A DNA stretch of 64,000 nucleotides from contig CAYSHH010000002.1 of the NCBI GenBank assembly GCA_964430945.1, forward strand, positions 2,037 through 66,036. Reading direction: 5' to 3'. The translations under genes were made by a program, and so were the position numbers. Below are positions 18,210 through 28,600 of this stretch, piece after piece. A model generated the notes under the pieces. The model did not search any database, was not told the DNA's origin, and worked only from the letters and a program-made list of their open reading frames with translations. The stretch's first letter is position 1; each line of letters begins with the position of its first letter. The DNA is from an uncultured Candidatus Saccharibacteria bacterium (GTDB taxonomy: Bacteria > Patescibacteriota > UBA1384 > JAMDBS01 > CAYSHH01).

Positions 18210-19379
18210 ATGATTTATAATATTTTAGCAAAAATACTTAAATTCTTAGCAAAACCAGTAGTCGAGAAACAAAGACCGCAAATTGTTGGTATTACTGGAA
18301 GTGTAGGAAAAACTTCCACTAAAGAAGCGATATATTCAGTACTAAAAGAGAAATATCATAATGACGTTGTTCGTGCATATAAAAATCTCAATACGGATGT
18401 TGGATTGCCATTAGTAATACTTAGGATAGATAAAACACCACTTGGATGGCAATGGATTTATGTGGTCATTCTATCTTTTTACCAATTTTTTAAATATCAA
18501 TATTTCAGCAAAAATTACCCCAAGATAATGATATTGGAATATGCGGCAGATAAACAAGGAGATATAAAATATCTTACGGATATTGTGAGACCTGATGTCG
18601 TTTGTATTACTGAGATCGGTCCAGCACATTTGGAATTTTTTAAAACAGTAGAAAATGTTGCTAGGGAAAAGATGAATTTGGCAAAAAATATGAAACCAGA
18701 CGGTATTGCAGTGCTCAATAAAGACAACTTATTGATTAAAAAATATGCTAAGGATGTTCATTATAAAAAAGTATGGTTTCACGGATCTAATACGGATGGA
18801 GCAAAAAATGCTGCTAGGGAAATAGGGAAAATATTTAATGTTGAAAGGAGCATGGTTGATCGGGGAATCTTGAATATTAAATCTATACCGGGGAGGTTGA
18901 ATCAGTTTAAGGGTATAAGGGATACAATTATTCTAGACGATACCTATAATGCAAGTCCTTTATCAATGAAATTTGCGTTGTCGTACCTGAAAGATTTTAA
19001 AAAACGAAAAAGAAAAGTTGCAATTTTAGGCGATATGCGTGAGTTGGGTGATGCAAGTTTATCTGAGCATGAAAAATTGGCTCATATTATTGCCAATAAG
19101 GCACAGTTTGCTATACTTATAGGGTCCGAAATGTGTCAGCATGTGGCTCCTATACTGGATGAAATGAAATATAATTATTTATCGTTTTCTAATTTTAGCG
19201 AAGCGAAAGACAGTATTGTTAAAAATATTAATACCAATGATATTATCCTTATAAAAGGATCACAAAATAAACTGTTTTTGGAGAGAGTTACAGAAATGTT
19301 ACTTCAAGATAAAAACGATGCTAAATATTTATGCAGACAGTCAAAACATTGGAAAAATATAAAAGAAAAAACGCTCTAA
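18210..19379 (+). CDS. murF: UDP-MurNAc-tripeptide--D-Ala-D-Ala ligase
   Basis: GITGSVGKTSTKE, DDTYNASP, LGDMRELG and IKGS. Confidence 0.92.
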   Translation: MIYNILAKILKFLAKPVVEKQRPQIVGITGSVGKTSTKEAIYSVLKEKYHNDVVRAYKNLNTDVGLPLVILRIDKTPLGWQWIYVVILSFYQFFKYQYFSKNYPKIMILEYAADKQGDIKYLTDIVRPDVVCITEIGPAHLEFFKTVENVAREKMNLAKNMKPDGIAVLNKDNLLIKKYAKDVHYKKVWFHGSNTDGAKNAAREIGKIFNVERSMVDRGILNIKSIPGRLNQFKGIRDTIILDDTYNASPLSMKFALSYLKDFKKRKRKVAILGDMRELGDASLSEHEKLAHIIANKAQFAILIGSEMCQHVAPILDEMKYNYLSFSNFSEAKDSIVKNINTNDIILIKGSQNKLFLERVTEMLLQDKNDAKYLCRQSKHWKNIKEKTL

Positions 19380-19388
19380 GGATAATCT

Positions 19389-20435
19389 ATGGAAGAATTA
19401 ATATTGTTTAACGTTGAAAGTTTGGTAAAAATATTCTGGCTTACGGCTGCAGCTTTTGTTTTGGGATTGGTTATTGCACCTGCATTTACCGACTTTTTGT
19501 ATAAAAACAAATTAGGCAAGAAAATTAGAAAAACATCAACTCTGGACAATAAAGAAGCTCCGGTTTTTTATAAATATCACAAAGGAAAAGAAAATACACC
19601 AACAATGGGAGGATTGCTTACATGGGCTGTAGTTGTGATATTGACTGTGGCTTTTAATTTCAATCGCGCAGAGACATATTTACCTCTTTTCACTTTGGCT
19701 GCTGCTGGTGTAATTGGGGCAATTGATGATCTTTTAAATATAAAAGGTGTTGGCCCAAATAGGGGCGGATTGAGTTTTAAAACAAAATTGATCATATACT
19801 TTTTGGTTGCGGTAATTGGTGCTTGGTGGTTTTACTATAAACTTGGATGGTCAAGTATTCATATTCCAGGTGGTAATCTTTTTGGTTTACCATATAATAT
19901 TGAAATAGGTTTGTGGTATATACCATTGTTTATTTTTGTATTGATGGGAACTACATTTGCGTCAAATCAAACTGATGGACTAGATGGTCTTTTGGGTGGT
20001 ATCATGTCACTTTGTTTTTTCGCTTATTCTGTTATAGCGCTTGTTAGAGGACAGATATTTCTGTCTGCATTTTGTGCAACTATGACGGGATCGATCCTGG
20101 CTTTTTTGTGGTTTAATATACATCCAGCCAGGTTTTTCATGGGTGATACTGGTTCGTTTGCTCTAGGAATGACGCTTGCCGTAGTAGCATTTCTTACTAA
20201 TTCTGTGATAGTATTACCAATAATTGCATTGGTTTTAGTGATCGAAGCAATTTCAACGATTATCCAAATTATATCTAAAAAATATTTTGGTAAAAAAGTT
20301 TTTTTATCGGCTCCAATTCATCATCATCTTGAAGCATTGGGGTGGCCAGAAACCAAAGTGACTCAACGATTTTGGGTTATTACTGCAATAACCGCAGTAA
20401 TCGGTATTGTGATAGCATTGATTGGAAGAGGATAA
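19389..20435 (+). CDS. mraY: Phospho-MurNAc-pentapeptide transferase
   Basis: KENTPTMGG, IDD, TDGLDGL, FMGDTGS and APIHHHLE. Confidence 0.97.
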   Translation: MEELILFNVESLVKIFWLTAAAFVLGLVIAPAFTDFLYKNKLGKKIRKTSTLDNKEAPVFYKYHKGKENTPTMGGLLTWAVVVILTVAFNFNRAETYLPLFTLAAAGVIGAIDDLLNIKGVGPNRGGLSFKTKLIIYFLVAVIGAWWFYYKLGWSSIHIPGGNLFGLPYNIEIGLWYIPLFIFVLMGTTFASNQTDGLDGLLGGIMSLCFFAYSVIALVRGQIFLSAFCATMTGSILAFLWFNIHPARFFMGDTGSFALGMTLAVVAFLTNSVIVLPIIALVLVIEAISTIIQIISKKYFGKKVFLSAPIHHHLEALGWPETKVTQRFWVITAITAVIGIVIALIGRG

Positions 20436-20481
20436 AAAATATAATTTTTAATAAAATTAAGTTTTAAAGATAAGAAATATT

Positions 20482-21186
20482 ATGAGTAAAGAAAAAAAAG
20501 AATATCCAAAACACATAGGTATAATTTTAGATGGCAATCGTAGATGGGCCAAAAAAAGAGGTCTTAATCCTTGGGATGGGCACAAAAAAGGAGCTGAAAA
20601 ATGGCGCGAACTTAAGCGTTGGATGCTTGAGCTTGGTATCAAAGAGCTGACACTTTACGTTTTTTCAATGCAAAATTTTGAACGAGAAAAAAAGGAAGTA
20701 TATTTTTTGATGAAAGTATTCGAAAATACTTTTTCCGAAATATTAAATGATCCAGAGATTGATAGTGAAGAAGTTCGCATAAAACATGTTGGTAGAAGAG
20801 AACTGCTTACTAGCGGGTTAAAAAAAGTTATCGATAAATTAGATAAAAAAACTAAAAAATATAAGAAGCATATTGTTAATTTTTGTATGGCTTATGGCGG
20901 GCAAGAAGAAATCATCGAGGCCATAAAAAAAATGTACAAAGATAAAAAATCAGAGCTAGATAATTTGACAGTCGATGAGTTCAAAGAATATCTTGAAATT
21001 ACTGACTACCCAGATATTATTATTAGAACCTCAGGAGAAGTAAGAACAAGCAATTTTTTATGTTGGCAACAAGCTTATTCCGAGTGGTTTTTTCCAAAGA
21101 TATTGTGGCCTGATTTTTCTCGAACTGATTTGGTAAATATTATTGATGAATATCTAGGTAAAAGAAATAGAAGATATGGCCGATAA
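20482..21186 (+). CDS. uppS: Undecaprenyl diphosphate synthase (cis-prenyltransferase)
   Basis: HIGIILDGNRRWA, AYGG, IRTSGE.R.SNFL.WQ.AYSE, WPDF and RRYG. Confidence 0.95.
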   Translation: MSKEKKEYPKHIGIILDGNRRWAKKRGLNPWDGHKKGAEKWRELKRWMLELGIKELTLYVFSMQNFEREKKEVYFLMKVFENTFSEILNDPEIDSEEVRIKHVGRRELLTSGLKKVIDKLDKKTKKYKKHIVNFCMAYGGQEEIIEAIKKMYKDKKSELDNLTVDEFKEYLEITDYPDIIIRTSGEVRTSNFLCWQQAYSEWFFPKILWPDFSRTDLVNIIDEYLGKRNRRYGR

Positions 21187-22237
21187 TAAGAAAAATATAA
21201 ATATGGAATATCTAGTAAAAACTATTAATAATGAGCTGGATAATTTTTTTAATAAAAAAATTTCCGAGTTGGATGAGAAAGATACTTTTTTCATAGATAT
21301 CACTAAAAATTTGAAGGAATATACTTTGAGGGGCGGTAAAAGAATTCGTCCAATATTTTTAATTTATGGTTATCGGGCTATAAAGGGTGATGTTGATAAA
21401 AGCATAATTAAATTGTCTATATTTTTGGAACTCATTCAAAGTTCACTTCTTATACATGATGATATTATGGACCAGGACAAGATACGCAGAGGAGGACTTA
21501 CGATACATGAAAAATATTCAGACTTTTTTTCTCATAGGGATGAAAGGTTTGGAGATTCGATGGCGATAATTATGGGTGATATGGCTATGAACTTTGCATA
21601 TGAAATTATTTCAGAAAGTGATATTGAAGATAATCTTAAGGCGAAAATAATAAGTATGGTTTCGAGATATGTTACCCAAGTAGATTATGGACAATCAATG
21701 GATATCCAATTGGCCAGAACTGATAACTTTAATGAAAAAGATGTAAAGAGTGTTCATTTCTATAAAACAATGATATATACCACGATGATGCCATTAATGG
21801 TTGGTGCTGTTTTGGCTGGAGCAAAAAATAATGAGTTGAAATATATTAAAAAATACGCAGAAGATGTAGGCTTGGCGTTTCAAGTACAAGATGACATTAT
21901 GGGATTGTATGGTGATCAAAAAACGGTTGGTAAGCCAATAGGGTCAGACATAAAAGAAAATAAAAAGACATTACTGATTTTCAGAGCTATTGAAAAGGCT
22001 AGCGTGAGTGATAAAAAATATTTATTGAATTGTCTAGGAAATTCAGAGATTAGTAATAAAGATATAGAAAAAGTGAGAGAAATTGTAAAAAATACCGGAG
22101 CGTATAAATATTCCTTAGACTTAGCTAAAAAACTGGTTGGTTTAGCAATTGAAAGTATAAATGAAGCTAACCTTGATAGGATAACGAAAAGTGAACTAAT
22201 TAATATATCTAAATATATTATTACGCGAAATAAGTAA
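21176..22237 (+). CDS. Trans-polyprenyl (FPP/GGPP) synthase
   Basis: GGKRIRP, LIHDDIMDQDKIRRG, GQSMD, KT, FQVQDD and GKP.GSD. Confidence 0.93.
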   Translation: MADNKKNINMEYLVKTINNELDNFFNKKISELDEKDTFFIDITKNLKEYTLRGGKRIRPIFLIYGYRAIKGDVDKSIIKLSIFLELIQSSLLIHDDIMDQDKIRRGGLTIHEKYSDFFSHRDERFGDSMAIIMGDMAMNFAYEIISESDIEDNLKAKIISMVSRYVTQVDYGQSMDIQLARTDNFNEKDVKSVHFYKTMIYTTMMPLMVGAVLAGAKNNELKYIKKYAEDVGLAFQVQDDIMGLYGDQKTVGKPIGSDIKENKKTLLIFRAIEKASVSDKKYLLNCLGNSEISNKDIEKVREIVKNTGAYKYSLDLAKKLVGLAIESINEANLDRITKSELINISKYIITRNK

Positions 22238-22263
22238 TAATATTTGTTATAATTGTTTTATCA

Positions 22264-23697
22264 ATGAAAAAATATATTGAGCAATTAGTAGAAAAAAAGA
22301 TTGCAGTTTTAGGTTACGGGATAAATAACCAGAAGCTCTTGGAGTGGATTTTTGCACATGGGGCAAAAGATGTTACAATTTGTGACCGAAATAAATCTAT
22401 AATCGATGACGATATTGTTAAAGAAATGGTTGCGCAACTCGGATTAAAACTTAATTTGGGGGAAAGATATTTAGATAATTTGTCCAAATACGATATAGTT
22501 TTTAGAACCCCAGGAATACCATATTTTAATGATAAAATACAAGATGCAAAGAAAAAGGGCGTTATTATATCAAGTCAAACAAATTTATTTTTTCAGCTAT
22601 GTCCTGGGAAAATAATTGGTGTTACGGGTACGAAGGGTAAAGGTACAACCAGTACACTCATATACGAAATATTGAAAAAAACAAACGAATCAAGGGTTAA
22701 AGGGGTATCAAATATATATCTTGGTGGGAATATTGGCAAAGATCCATTTGAGTTTATCGATGAAATAGAGAAAAATGATTGGGTAATTTTAGAGTTGTCT
22801 AGTTTCCAACTTCAGGATTTAAATATCAGTCCCCATATCGCAGTAGTTTTAAATATCACATCTGATCATCTGGATCATCATAAGACAGTTAAAGAATATC
22901 GTGACGCGAAATTGAATATTGTTCGTCATCAAAATAAGGATGATTTTACTGTTATTAATATGGATTACTTAACATCATTTGAGTTTGCCGAGACGAGTCC
23001 AACTGAGAATGATTATTATTTTTCAGTTAAAAAATCGGTTGATTTGGGAACTTATATTAAGCGGGATAGTCTTTCGCGGTCTGATCAGGGAATTATATGT
23101 ATGCGTGATGAAAAATCTGAAAAAGACATAATTAAAACTGATAATATCAAAATAGTCGGAAGACATAATTTGGAAAATATTTGTGCAGCAGTTTGTGCTT
23201 CTCGTTTAGCTGGAGCAAAATTAGAAATAATTTCCCAAGTGGTCGGCAATTTCAAAGGTTTGAGACATAGAATAGAATTTATTGAAGAAAGTGATGGCGT
23301 TAAATATTACAATGATTCTGCTTCAACCAATCCTGATACAGCTATTGCTGCAATAAAATCTTTTTCTGAACCGTTAGTATTGATTTTAGGCGGATCAAGT
23401 AAAAACGCTAAGTATGACAGACTGGCTCAAGAAATATTAAAAAGAAATATCAGGGCAATAATTAGCATGGGTATAACTGGTAAAGAGATTGTCAAAAATA
23501 TAAAAGAGCTCAACCAGAGCGATGAGTTGAAAATATATGAGAATTGTAAAAATATGAAAGAGGCTGTGATGTTGGCTAAAAAAACAGCAAAGGATAAGGA
23601 TGTTGTTTTATTGTCACCTGCATCAGCTAGTTTCGGAATGTTTGTTAATTATCAGGATAGAGGTGATCAGTTTAGAGAAGAAGTTCTTAATCGTTAA
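22264..23697 (+). CDS. murD: UDP-MurNAc-L-Ala--D-Glu ligase
   Basis: GVTGTKGKGTT, GNIG, ELSSFQL, DHLDHH, NDSASTN and LSPASAS. Confidence 0.97.
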   Translation: MKKYIEQLVEKKIAVLGYGINNQKLLEWIFAHGAKDVTICDRNKSIIDDDIVKEMVAQLGLKLNLGERYLDNLSKYDIVFRTPGIPYFNDKIQDAKKKGVIISSQTNLFFQLCPGKIIGVTGTKGKGTTSTLIYEILKKTNESRVKGVSNIYLGGNIGKDPFEFIDEIEKNDWVILELSSFQLQDLNISPHIAVVLNITSDHLDHHKTVKEYRDAKLNIVRHQNKDDFTVINMDYLTSFEFAETSPTENDYYFSVKKSVDLGTYIKRDSLSRSDQGIICMRDEKSEKDIIKTDNIKIVGRHNLENICAAVCASRLAGAKLEIISQVVGNFKGLRHRIEFIEESDGVKYYNDSASTNPDTAIAAIKSFSEPLVLILGGSSKNAKYDRLAQEILKRNIRAIISMGITGKEIVKNIKELNQSDELKIYENCKNMKEAVMLAKKTAKDKDVVLLSPASASFGMFVNYQDRGDQFREEVLNR

Positions 23698-23762
23698 ATA
23701 TGAAATTGAATAGACAAGTATTTCTCAATTATTAAGCTTACTAAATAATAGAATAAAACACT

Positions 23763-24878
23763 ATGAGTTTAGATAAATATAGAAGAAAAAATGGTAATGG
23801 GAGAATAGACTACTGGCTTTTATTCTTAGTATTCGGTCTTTGTATATTTGGACTTTTAATGATTTATTCTTCTTCGGCAGTATTATCTTTTGAGAGATAT
23901 GGAGTTAATAATTATTATTTTAAAAAACAGTTAATCAGTCTAGCGATAGGTCTAGTGGGGATGGGTGTGGCATCGTTTATTGATTATCGTTTTTGGAAAA
24001 AATATTCAGTATTATTGCTTGGGATCACAGTTATTTTACTTTTGGCTGTATTTGTTTTTAGTGAAGTTACTGGTGGTGCTCAGAGATGGCTTATGTTTGG
24101 AGGATTGTCGATTCAGCCTTCAGAGATAGCAAAAATAACTTTTATAATATATCTGGCAGCTTGGCTTGAAAAGAGAAATGAAAAAGTACAAGATTTCAGA
24201 TATGGATTTCTGCCTTTTGTTGCAATACTTGGGATAATAGGTTTTCTTATTATTAAGCAACCAGACATGGGAACTATGTCAGTGATTGTGGCGACTGCCG
24301 TTGTGATGTTTTTTGTTTCTGGTGCATCTTTAGTACACCTAGGAATTGGTCTAGTATTTCTTGTGGGTATGTTTTTACTTCTCATTAAATCTGCTCCATA
24401 TCGTATGCAGAGATTTTTGGTTTTTTTGAATCCATCCAACGAAAAGTTGGGAGCAGGGTATCATATAAATCAGGCTTTGCTTGCTATCGGATCTGGTGGA
24501 ATATGGGGGCTTGGTTTCGGACAATCAAAACAAAAATATTTATATCTCCCAGAACCTCATACTGATTCTATATTTGCAATCGTTACAGAAGAACTAGGTT
24601 TTTTGAGAGCGATTCTGATTTTTGTTGTATTTTTACTGATAGCAATAAGAGGATTTAAGATAGCGAAGAACGCTCCAGATCAATTTGCTACATTTTTAGC
24701 TGTAGGCATAACTACTTGGATAATCGTGCAGTTTTTTGTAAATATTGGTGCTATGATAGGACTTTTGCCGTTGACCGGTATTCCATTGCCATTTGTTTCT
24801 TATGGTGGATCTTCTCTCATTGTCCTTTTATTTGGAGTGGGGATGCTTCTAAACGTTTCGAAACAAACAAGAGTATAA
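23763..24878 (+). CDS. ftsW: SEDS peptidoglycan polymerase FtsW
   Basis: GAQRW, QPSEIAK, QPDMGT, LPEPHTDSIF and GIPLPFVSYGGSS. Confidence 0.95.
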   Translation: MSLDKYRRKNGNGRIDYWLLFLVFGLCIFGLLMIYSSSAVLSFERYGVNNYYFKKQLISLAIGLVGMGVASFIDYRFWKKYSVLLLGITVILLLAVFVFSEVTGGAQRWLMFGGLSIQPSEIAKITFIIYLAAWLEKRNEKVQDFRYGFLPFVAILGIIGFLIIKQPDMGTMSVIVATAVVMFFVSGASLVHLGIGLVFLVGMFLLLIKSAPYRMQRFLVFLNPSNEKLGAGYHINQALLAIGSGGIWGLGFGQSKQKYLYLPEPHTDSIFAIVTEELGFLRAILIFVVFLLIAIRGFKIAKNAPDQFATFLAVGITTWIIVQFFVNIGAMIGLLPLTGIPLPFVSYGGSSLIVLLFGVGMLLNVSKQTRV

Positions 24879-24916
24879 AAAATTAAACAATATAATCAAA
24901 CATTTAAACATGTATT

Positions 24917-25999
24917 ATGAGTAAAAAAGACAGCAAGGAAATTAAAATTTTGATTACTGGTGGTGGAACTGGGGGGCACGCTGTGCCATTGATGGCTATT
25001 GTTGACGAACTTAAAAAAAAGACATCCAATATTTTATATGTAGGTTCGGGTGCAGAAATTGAGAAGGAGCTGTCTAAGGATAGAAAAATTTCCTATAAAA
25101 CCATTATGTCTGGTAAATGGCGCCGATATTTTGATATTAATAATTTTATTGACTTATTCAAAGTAATGATTGGTTTTATACAAAGTTTTTTTATAATACT
25201 TTCCTATAATCCTGATGTTATTTTTTCCAAAGGTGGGTACGTAGGACTTCCAATAGTTTATGCGGGTAATGTGCTTGGGAAAACTATTTATATACATGAA
25301 ACTGATTCAGTTTTAGGTTTGGCAAATCAGAAATCTATTTCTAAATGTAATAAAATTTTTACTGGTTATCCACCAAAATATTATCCACAAATTCCTGTAT
25401 CAAAAATCATATATACTGGAAATCCAATTAGAGATGATTTTAAAAAAGCAGGTAATAGGAAGATTTTTAAGAATACTAAAAAAACTATATTTGTTACTGG
25501 TGGGTCACAAGGGGCAAGATTTATCAACCAGATTATTGCAAAAATATTATCTCAATTGACTGAAAAATATAATGTAATACACCTTTGTGGTAAGATCGAT
25601 TATGAATGGCTCAATAAAAATAAAAATATTTGGAAGGATTATTTACTTTTTGATTTCGCTAAACCGCATGATTTTGCGGAATATATGAAATATAGCGATT
25701 TAGTAATAAGTCGAGCCGGAGGCACAATTGCTGAAATTGCGTATTGTGGTAAGGTGGCGATTATTGTTCCACTGCCGACAAGTGCCAATAATCATCAGGA
25801 AAGTAATGCTAAAATATTGGAATTGGAGAATGCTGCTATCGTTCTTCGAGAAAAAGGCCTAACTTCTGAAAGCCTTTTGGATATAGTCGACAGACTCATG
25901 GAAGACAAAAATTTGTTGGCTGAACTAAAGCAGAAAATATCACAATTTTCTCAGTCGGATGCTGCAAAAGTAATTTCAAAAAACATATTGAAAAATTGA
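24917..25999 (+). CDS. murG: Lipid II GlcNAc transferase
   Basis: GGGTGGH, GGYV, HE, GNPIR, GGSQGA, SRAG and HQESNA. Confidence 0.97.
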   Translation: MSKKDSKEIKILITGGGTGGHAVPLMAIVDELKKKTSNILYVGSGAEIEKELSKDRKISYKTIMSGKWRRYFDINNFIDLFKVMIGFIQSFFIILSYNPDVIFSKGGYVGLPIVYAGNVLGKTIYIHETDSVLGLANQKSISKCNKIFTGYPPKYYPQIPVSKIIYTGNPIRDDFKKAGNRKIFKNTKKTIFVTGGSQGARFINQIIAKILSQLTEKYNVIHLCGKIDYEWLNKNKNIWKDYLLFDFAKPHDFAEYMKYSDLVISRAGGTIAEIAYCGKVAIIVPLPTSANNHQESNAKILELENAAIVLREKGLTSESLLDIVDRLMEDKNLLAELKQKISQFSQSDAAKVISKNILKN

Positions 26000-26086
26000 T
26001 CATTTAAAATACGAGCTAATTTATAAAGAGTTATCATAAAATATTGATTTTAATAACGGTATTAAAAAGCGAAAGGTGGTGAAAAA

Positions 26087-26221
26087 ATGCTTATTTGTAC
26101 TGTTTGTAGAAATGAATTTTCTGATAATGATAGCTTAAGCAGTGAAGGGCACAATAGATGTCCACACTGTCAGGGGCTTGTTATCGGGGAGAATCTGATC
26201 CTTTTGTGGGATCATATTTAG
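26087..26221 (+). CDS. 44-aa zinc-ribbon microprotein (not in ORF track)
   Basis: aaggtggtga RBS; MLICTVCRNEF...NRCPHCQGLVIGENLILLWDHI*; own terminator. Confidence 0.7.
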   Translation: MLICTVCRNEFSDNDSLSSEGHNRCPHCQGLVIGENLILLWDHI

Positions 26222-26231
26222 TGTGCTATTT

Positions 26232-26254
26232 GGTTCCCTTGTGGAACCTTTTTT
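26232..26254 (+). terminator. Intrinsic terminator
   Basis: ggttcc-cttgt-ggaacc followed by T6. Confidence 0.7.
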
Positions 26255-26283
26255 AATTTACCCTAAAATGCTAAAATTAGGAT

Positions 26284-27585
26284 ATGAAAAATAATAAATT
26301 ACATTATTACTTATTGGGTATATGTGGAGTTTCAATGAGTGGTATCGCATATCTTTTGTCAAAAAAAGGTTATATCGTAAGTGGTTCAGATCTTAGGAAA
26401 TGCAAAATTTTAGATACAAATATAAAAATCTATGAAGGACATAGTAGCACCCATGTCAATTCTGATCTTGATACGGTCGTATATACATCTGCTGTAGCCG
26501 ACAAGGATTCACAGGGCTATTTGGAACTAAAGAGAGCGAAAGAACTTGGTATAAAAACATTGAAGCGGTCTGAGTTGATTGGGCAGTTGATGAATAATGA
26601 GTTTGGTATAGCCATAAGTGGAATGCATGGCAAAACAACTGTAAGTACGATGATCTCGTTGATTTTGGAAAGTGCAAATTACGATCCAACTTGTCTTATT
26701 GGTACAAATGTTAAAGAATGGAATTCAAACGTTAGGGTAGGAAAAAGTAAGTATTTTGTGGCTGAAGCTTGTGAATATGATAGACAGATGCTCAATTTTA
26801 GACCAAGAGTTGTTCTGATCACGAATATGGAAGAGGAACATCTGGATACATATAAAAATGGAATGAGAGATATAAAACAGGCTTTTAAGAAATTTGTAAA
26901 ACTTATACCAAAAAATGGATTATTGGTGCTCTGTGCCGATGACAAGAATGTAGCGATGCTCAAAAAATACGCAAAATGTAAGGTGAAATTTTATTCGATA
27001 AACAAACCTTGGCCAGGTTTAAAACTTAAACTTCCAGGAAAATATAATTTGCAAAATGCTACTGGAGCAGCAAGGCTTTGCCATGAACTTGGAATAGAAA
27101 GTAATATTATCAAAAAAACACTCAACGGTTTTAGTGGTGCCGGGAGAAGATGTGAAATTGTAGGAAGAAAAAACGGTGTATTAATAATTGACGACTATGC
27201 ACATCATCCAACTGAGATCAAGAAAACTTTAGAAGGTATCAAAAATAAATATCCTGAAAAAAGACTTGTTGTTGCTTATCAGCCACATCAGCAACAAAGA
27301 ACTAAACTATTATTTAATGATTTTATTAAATCTTTTGATATGGCTGATAAAATTATTATGAATAAAGTTTACTTAATTGCCGGTAGAGAAAAAGAAACTA
27401 GTGAAAATTTGGCAGAAAAATTAGTTCAAGAAATTAAAACTCGCGGAAAAGATGTCGTTTATGTAGATAATTATGATGACACGTTGAAAAGCCTTTTGGA
27501 AAATACTAAAAGTGGTGATGTGATTGTAACCATGGGTGCTACAGATATTTATACTGTTGGTAAAAAATATTTATTGCAGAAGTAA
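26284..27585 (+). CDS. murC: UDP-MurNAc--L-Ala ligase
   Basis: GICGVSMSGIA, GSD, GMHGKTT, EACE, DDYAHHPTEI and QPH. Confidence 0.96.
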   Translation: MKNNKLHYYLLGICGVSMSGIAYLLSKKGYIVSGSDLRKCKILDTNIKIYEGHSSTHVNSDLDTVVYTSAVADKDSQGYLELKRAKELGIKTLKRSELIGQLMNNEFGIAISGMHGKTTVSTMISLILESANYDPTCLIGTNVKEWNSNVRVGKSKYFVAEACEYDRQMLNFRPRVVLITNMEEEHLDTYKNGMRDIKQAFKKFVKLIPKNGLLVLCADDKNVAMLKKYAKCKVKFYSINKPWPGLKLKLPGKYNLQNATGAARLCHELGIESNIIKKTLNGFSGAGRRCEIVGRKNGVLIIDDYAHHPTEIKKTLEGIKNKYPEKRLVVAYQPHQQQRTKLLFNDFIKSFDMADKIIMNKVYLIAGREKETSENLAEKLVQEIKTRGKDVVYVDNYDDTLKSLLENTKSGDVIVTMGATDIYTVGKKYLLQK

Positions 27586-27612
27586 TTTAAATTATTAGAA
27601 TAATATTGATAT

Positions 27613-28563
27613 ATGTTGAAATCAAACAAACTCAAAAAGGTTTTAGGAAACCGACTCAAAGAGCATATCACTCTAAGAGAGTATACTACCATGAAAGTCG
27701 GTGGGGTGGCCGATTATTTTTTTGAGGCCGAGAACGTTGAAGATATAATTAGTGCTGTAATGGCAGCGCGAGCCGATAAGATACCTTTTTTTATAATTGG
27801 CTGGGGGAGTAATATATTGGTTTCCGATTATGGTTTTCCAGGGCTTATTATAAGGAATAAGAGCAATAATATTTCATATCTACCGGATAAATCACAAGTT
27901 ATTGCAGACTCTGGAGTGGATCTATCTAGGCTCATACTCTATGCTATTAATCAAAATCTGGGTGGTATGGAAAAGCTATATGGTATTCCTGGTAGCGTGG
28001 GTGGTGCGGTATACGGCAATGCGGGTGCATATCAGTCTGAAATATCGGATTTTATTAAATCGGTAACTATGCTTACGTTAAACAATAAAATTGTTAGCAA
28101 GCCCAAAGATTGGCTGGAGACTACATATAGATCAACTAAATTGAAAAAAACAAAAGATAAAGACCATGTAATATTAACTGTTAAATTTCAATTTGCACAT
28201 AACAAAAAAGAACAAATGCTTGAAAATATTGGAAAAATTAGAGCTGAGCGAAATACTAGATTGGGTGGGTTGGGGCCTAGTGCTGGGTCAGTTTTTAAAA
28301 ATCCATTGGCTGGAAAAGATTATAAGACTGTTGAAATGGCAAAACAAAGATCGGCTGGATTTTTACTCGACAGTATTGGTGCAAAAAAAATAAGAATTGG
28401 TGATGCTGGTATTTTCGCTAAACACGCAAATATTATTGAGAATAGAGGAAGTGCTTTATCCACCGATGTAAGACTTCTTATAGAAAAACTTAGAGAAGAA
28501 GTAAGAACAAATTCGGGTATTGATCTAGAGGAAGAAATTGAATATGTAGGACAATGGGAGTAA
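27613..28563 (+). CDS. murB: UDP-N-acetylenolpyruvoylglucosamine reductase
   Basis: GG.A, GSNILVSD, GIPGSVGGAVYGNAGAY, SAGSVFKNP and HAN. Confidence 0.97.
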   Translation: MLKSNKLKKVLGNRLKEHITLREYTTMKVGGVADYFFEAENVEDIISAVMAARADKIPFFIIGWGSNILVSDYGFPGLIIRNKSNNISYLPDKSQVIADSGVDLSRLILYAINQNLGGMEKLYGIPGSVGGAVYGNAGAYQSEISDFIKSVTMLTLNNKIVSKPKDWLETTYRSTKLKKTKDKDHVILTVKFQFAHNKKEQMLENIGKIRAERNTRLGGLGPSAGSVFKNPLAGKDYKTVEMAKQRSAGFLLDSIGAKKIRIGDAGIFAKHANIIENRGSALSTDVRLLIEKLREEVRTNSGIDLEEEIEYVGQWE

Positions 28564-28600
28564 ATAAAGATTTTAAACTAATAAATAAAAATTAAATTTT

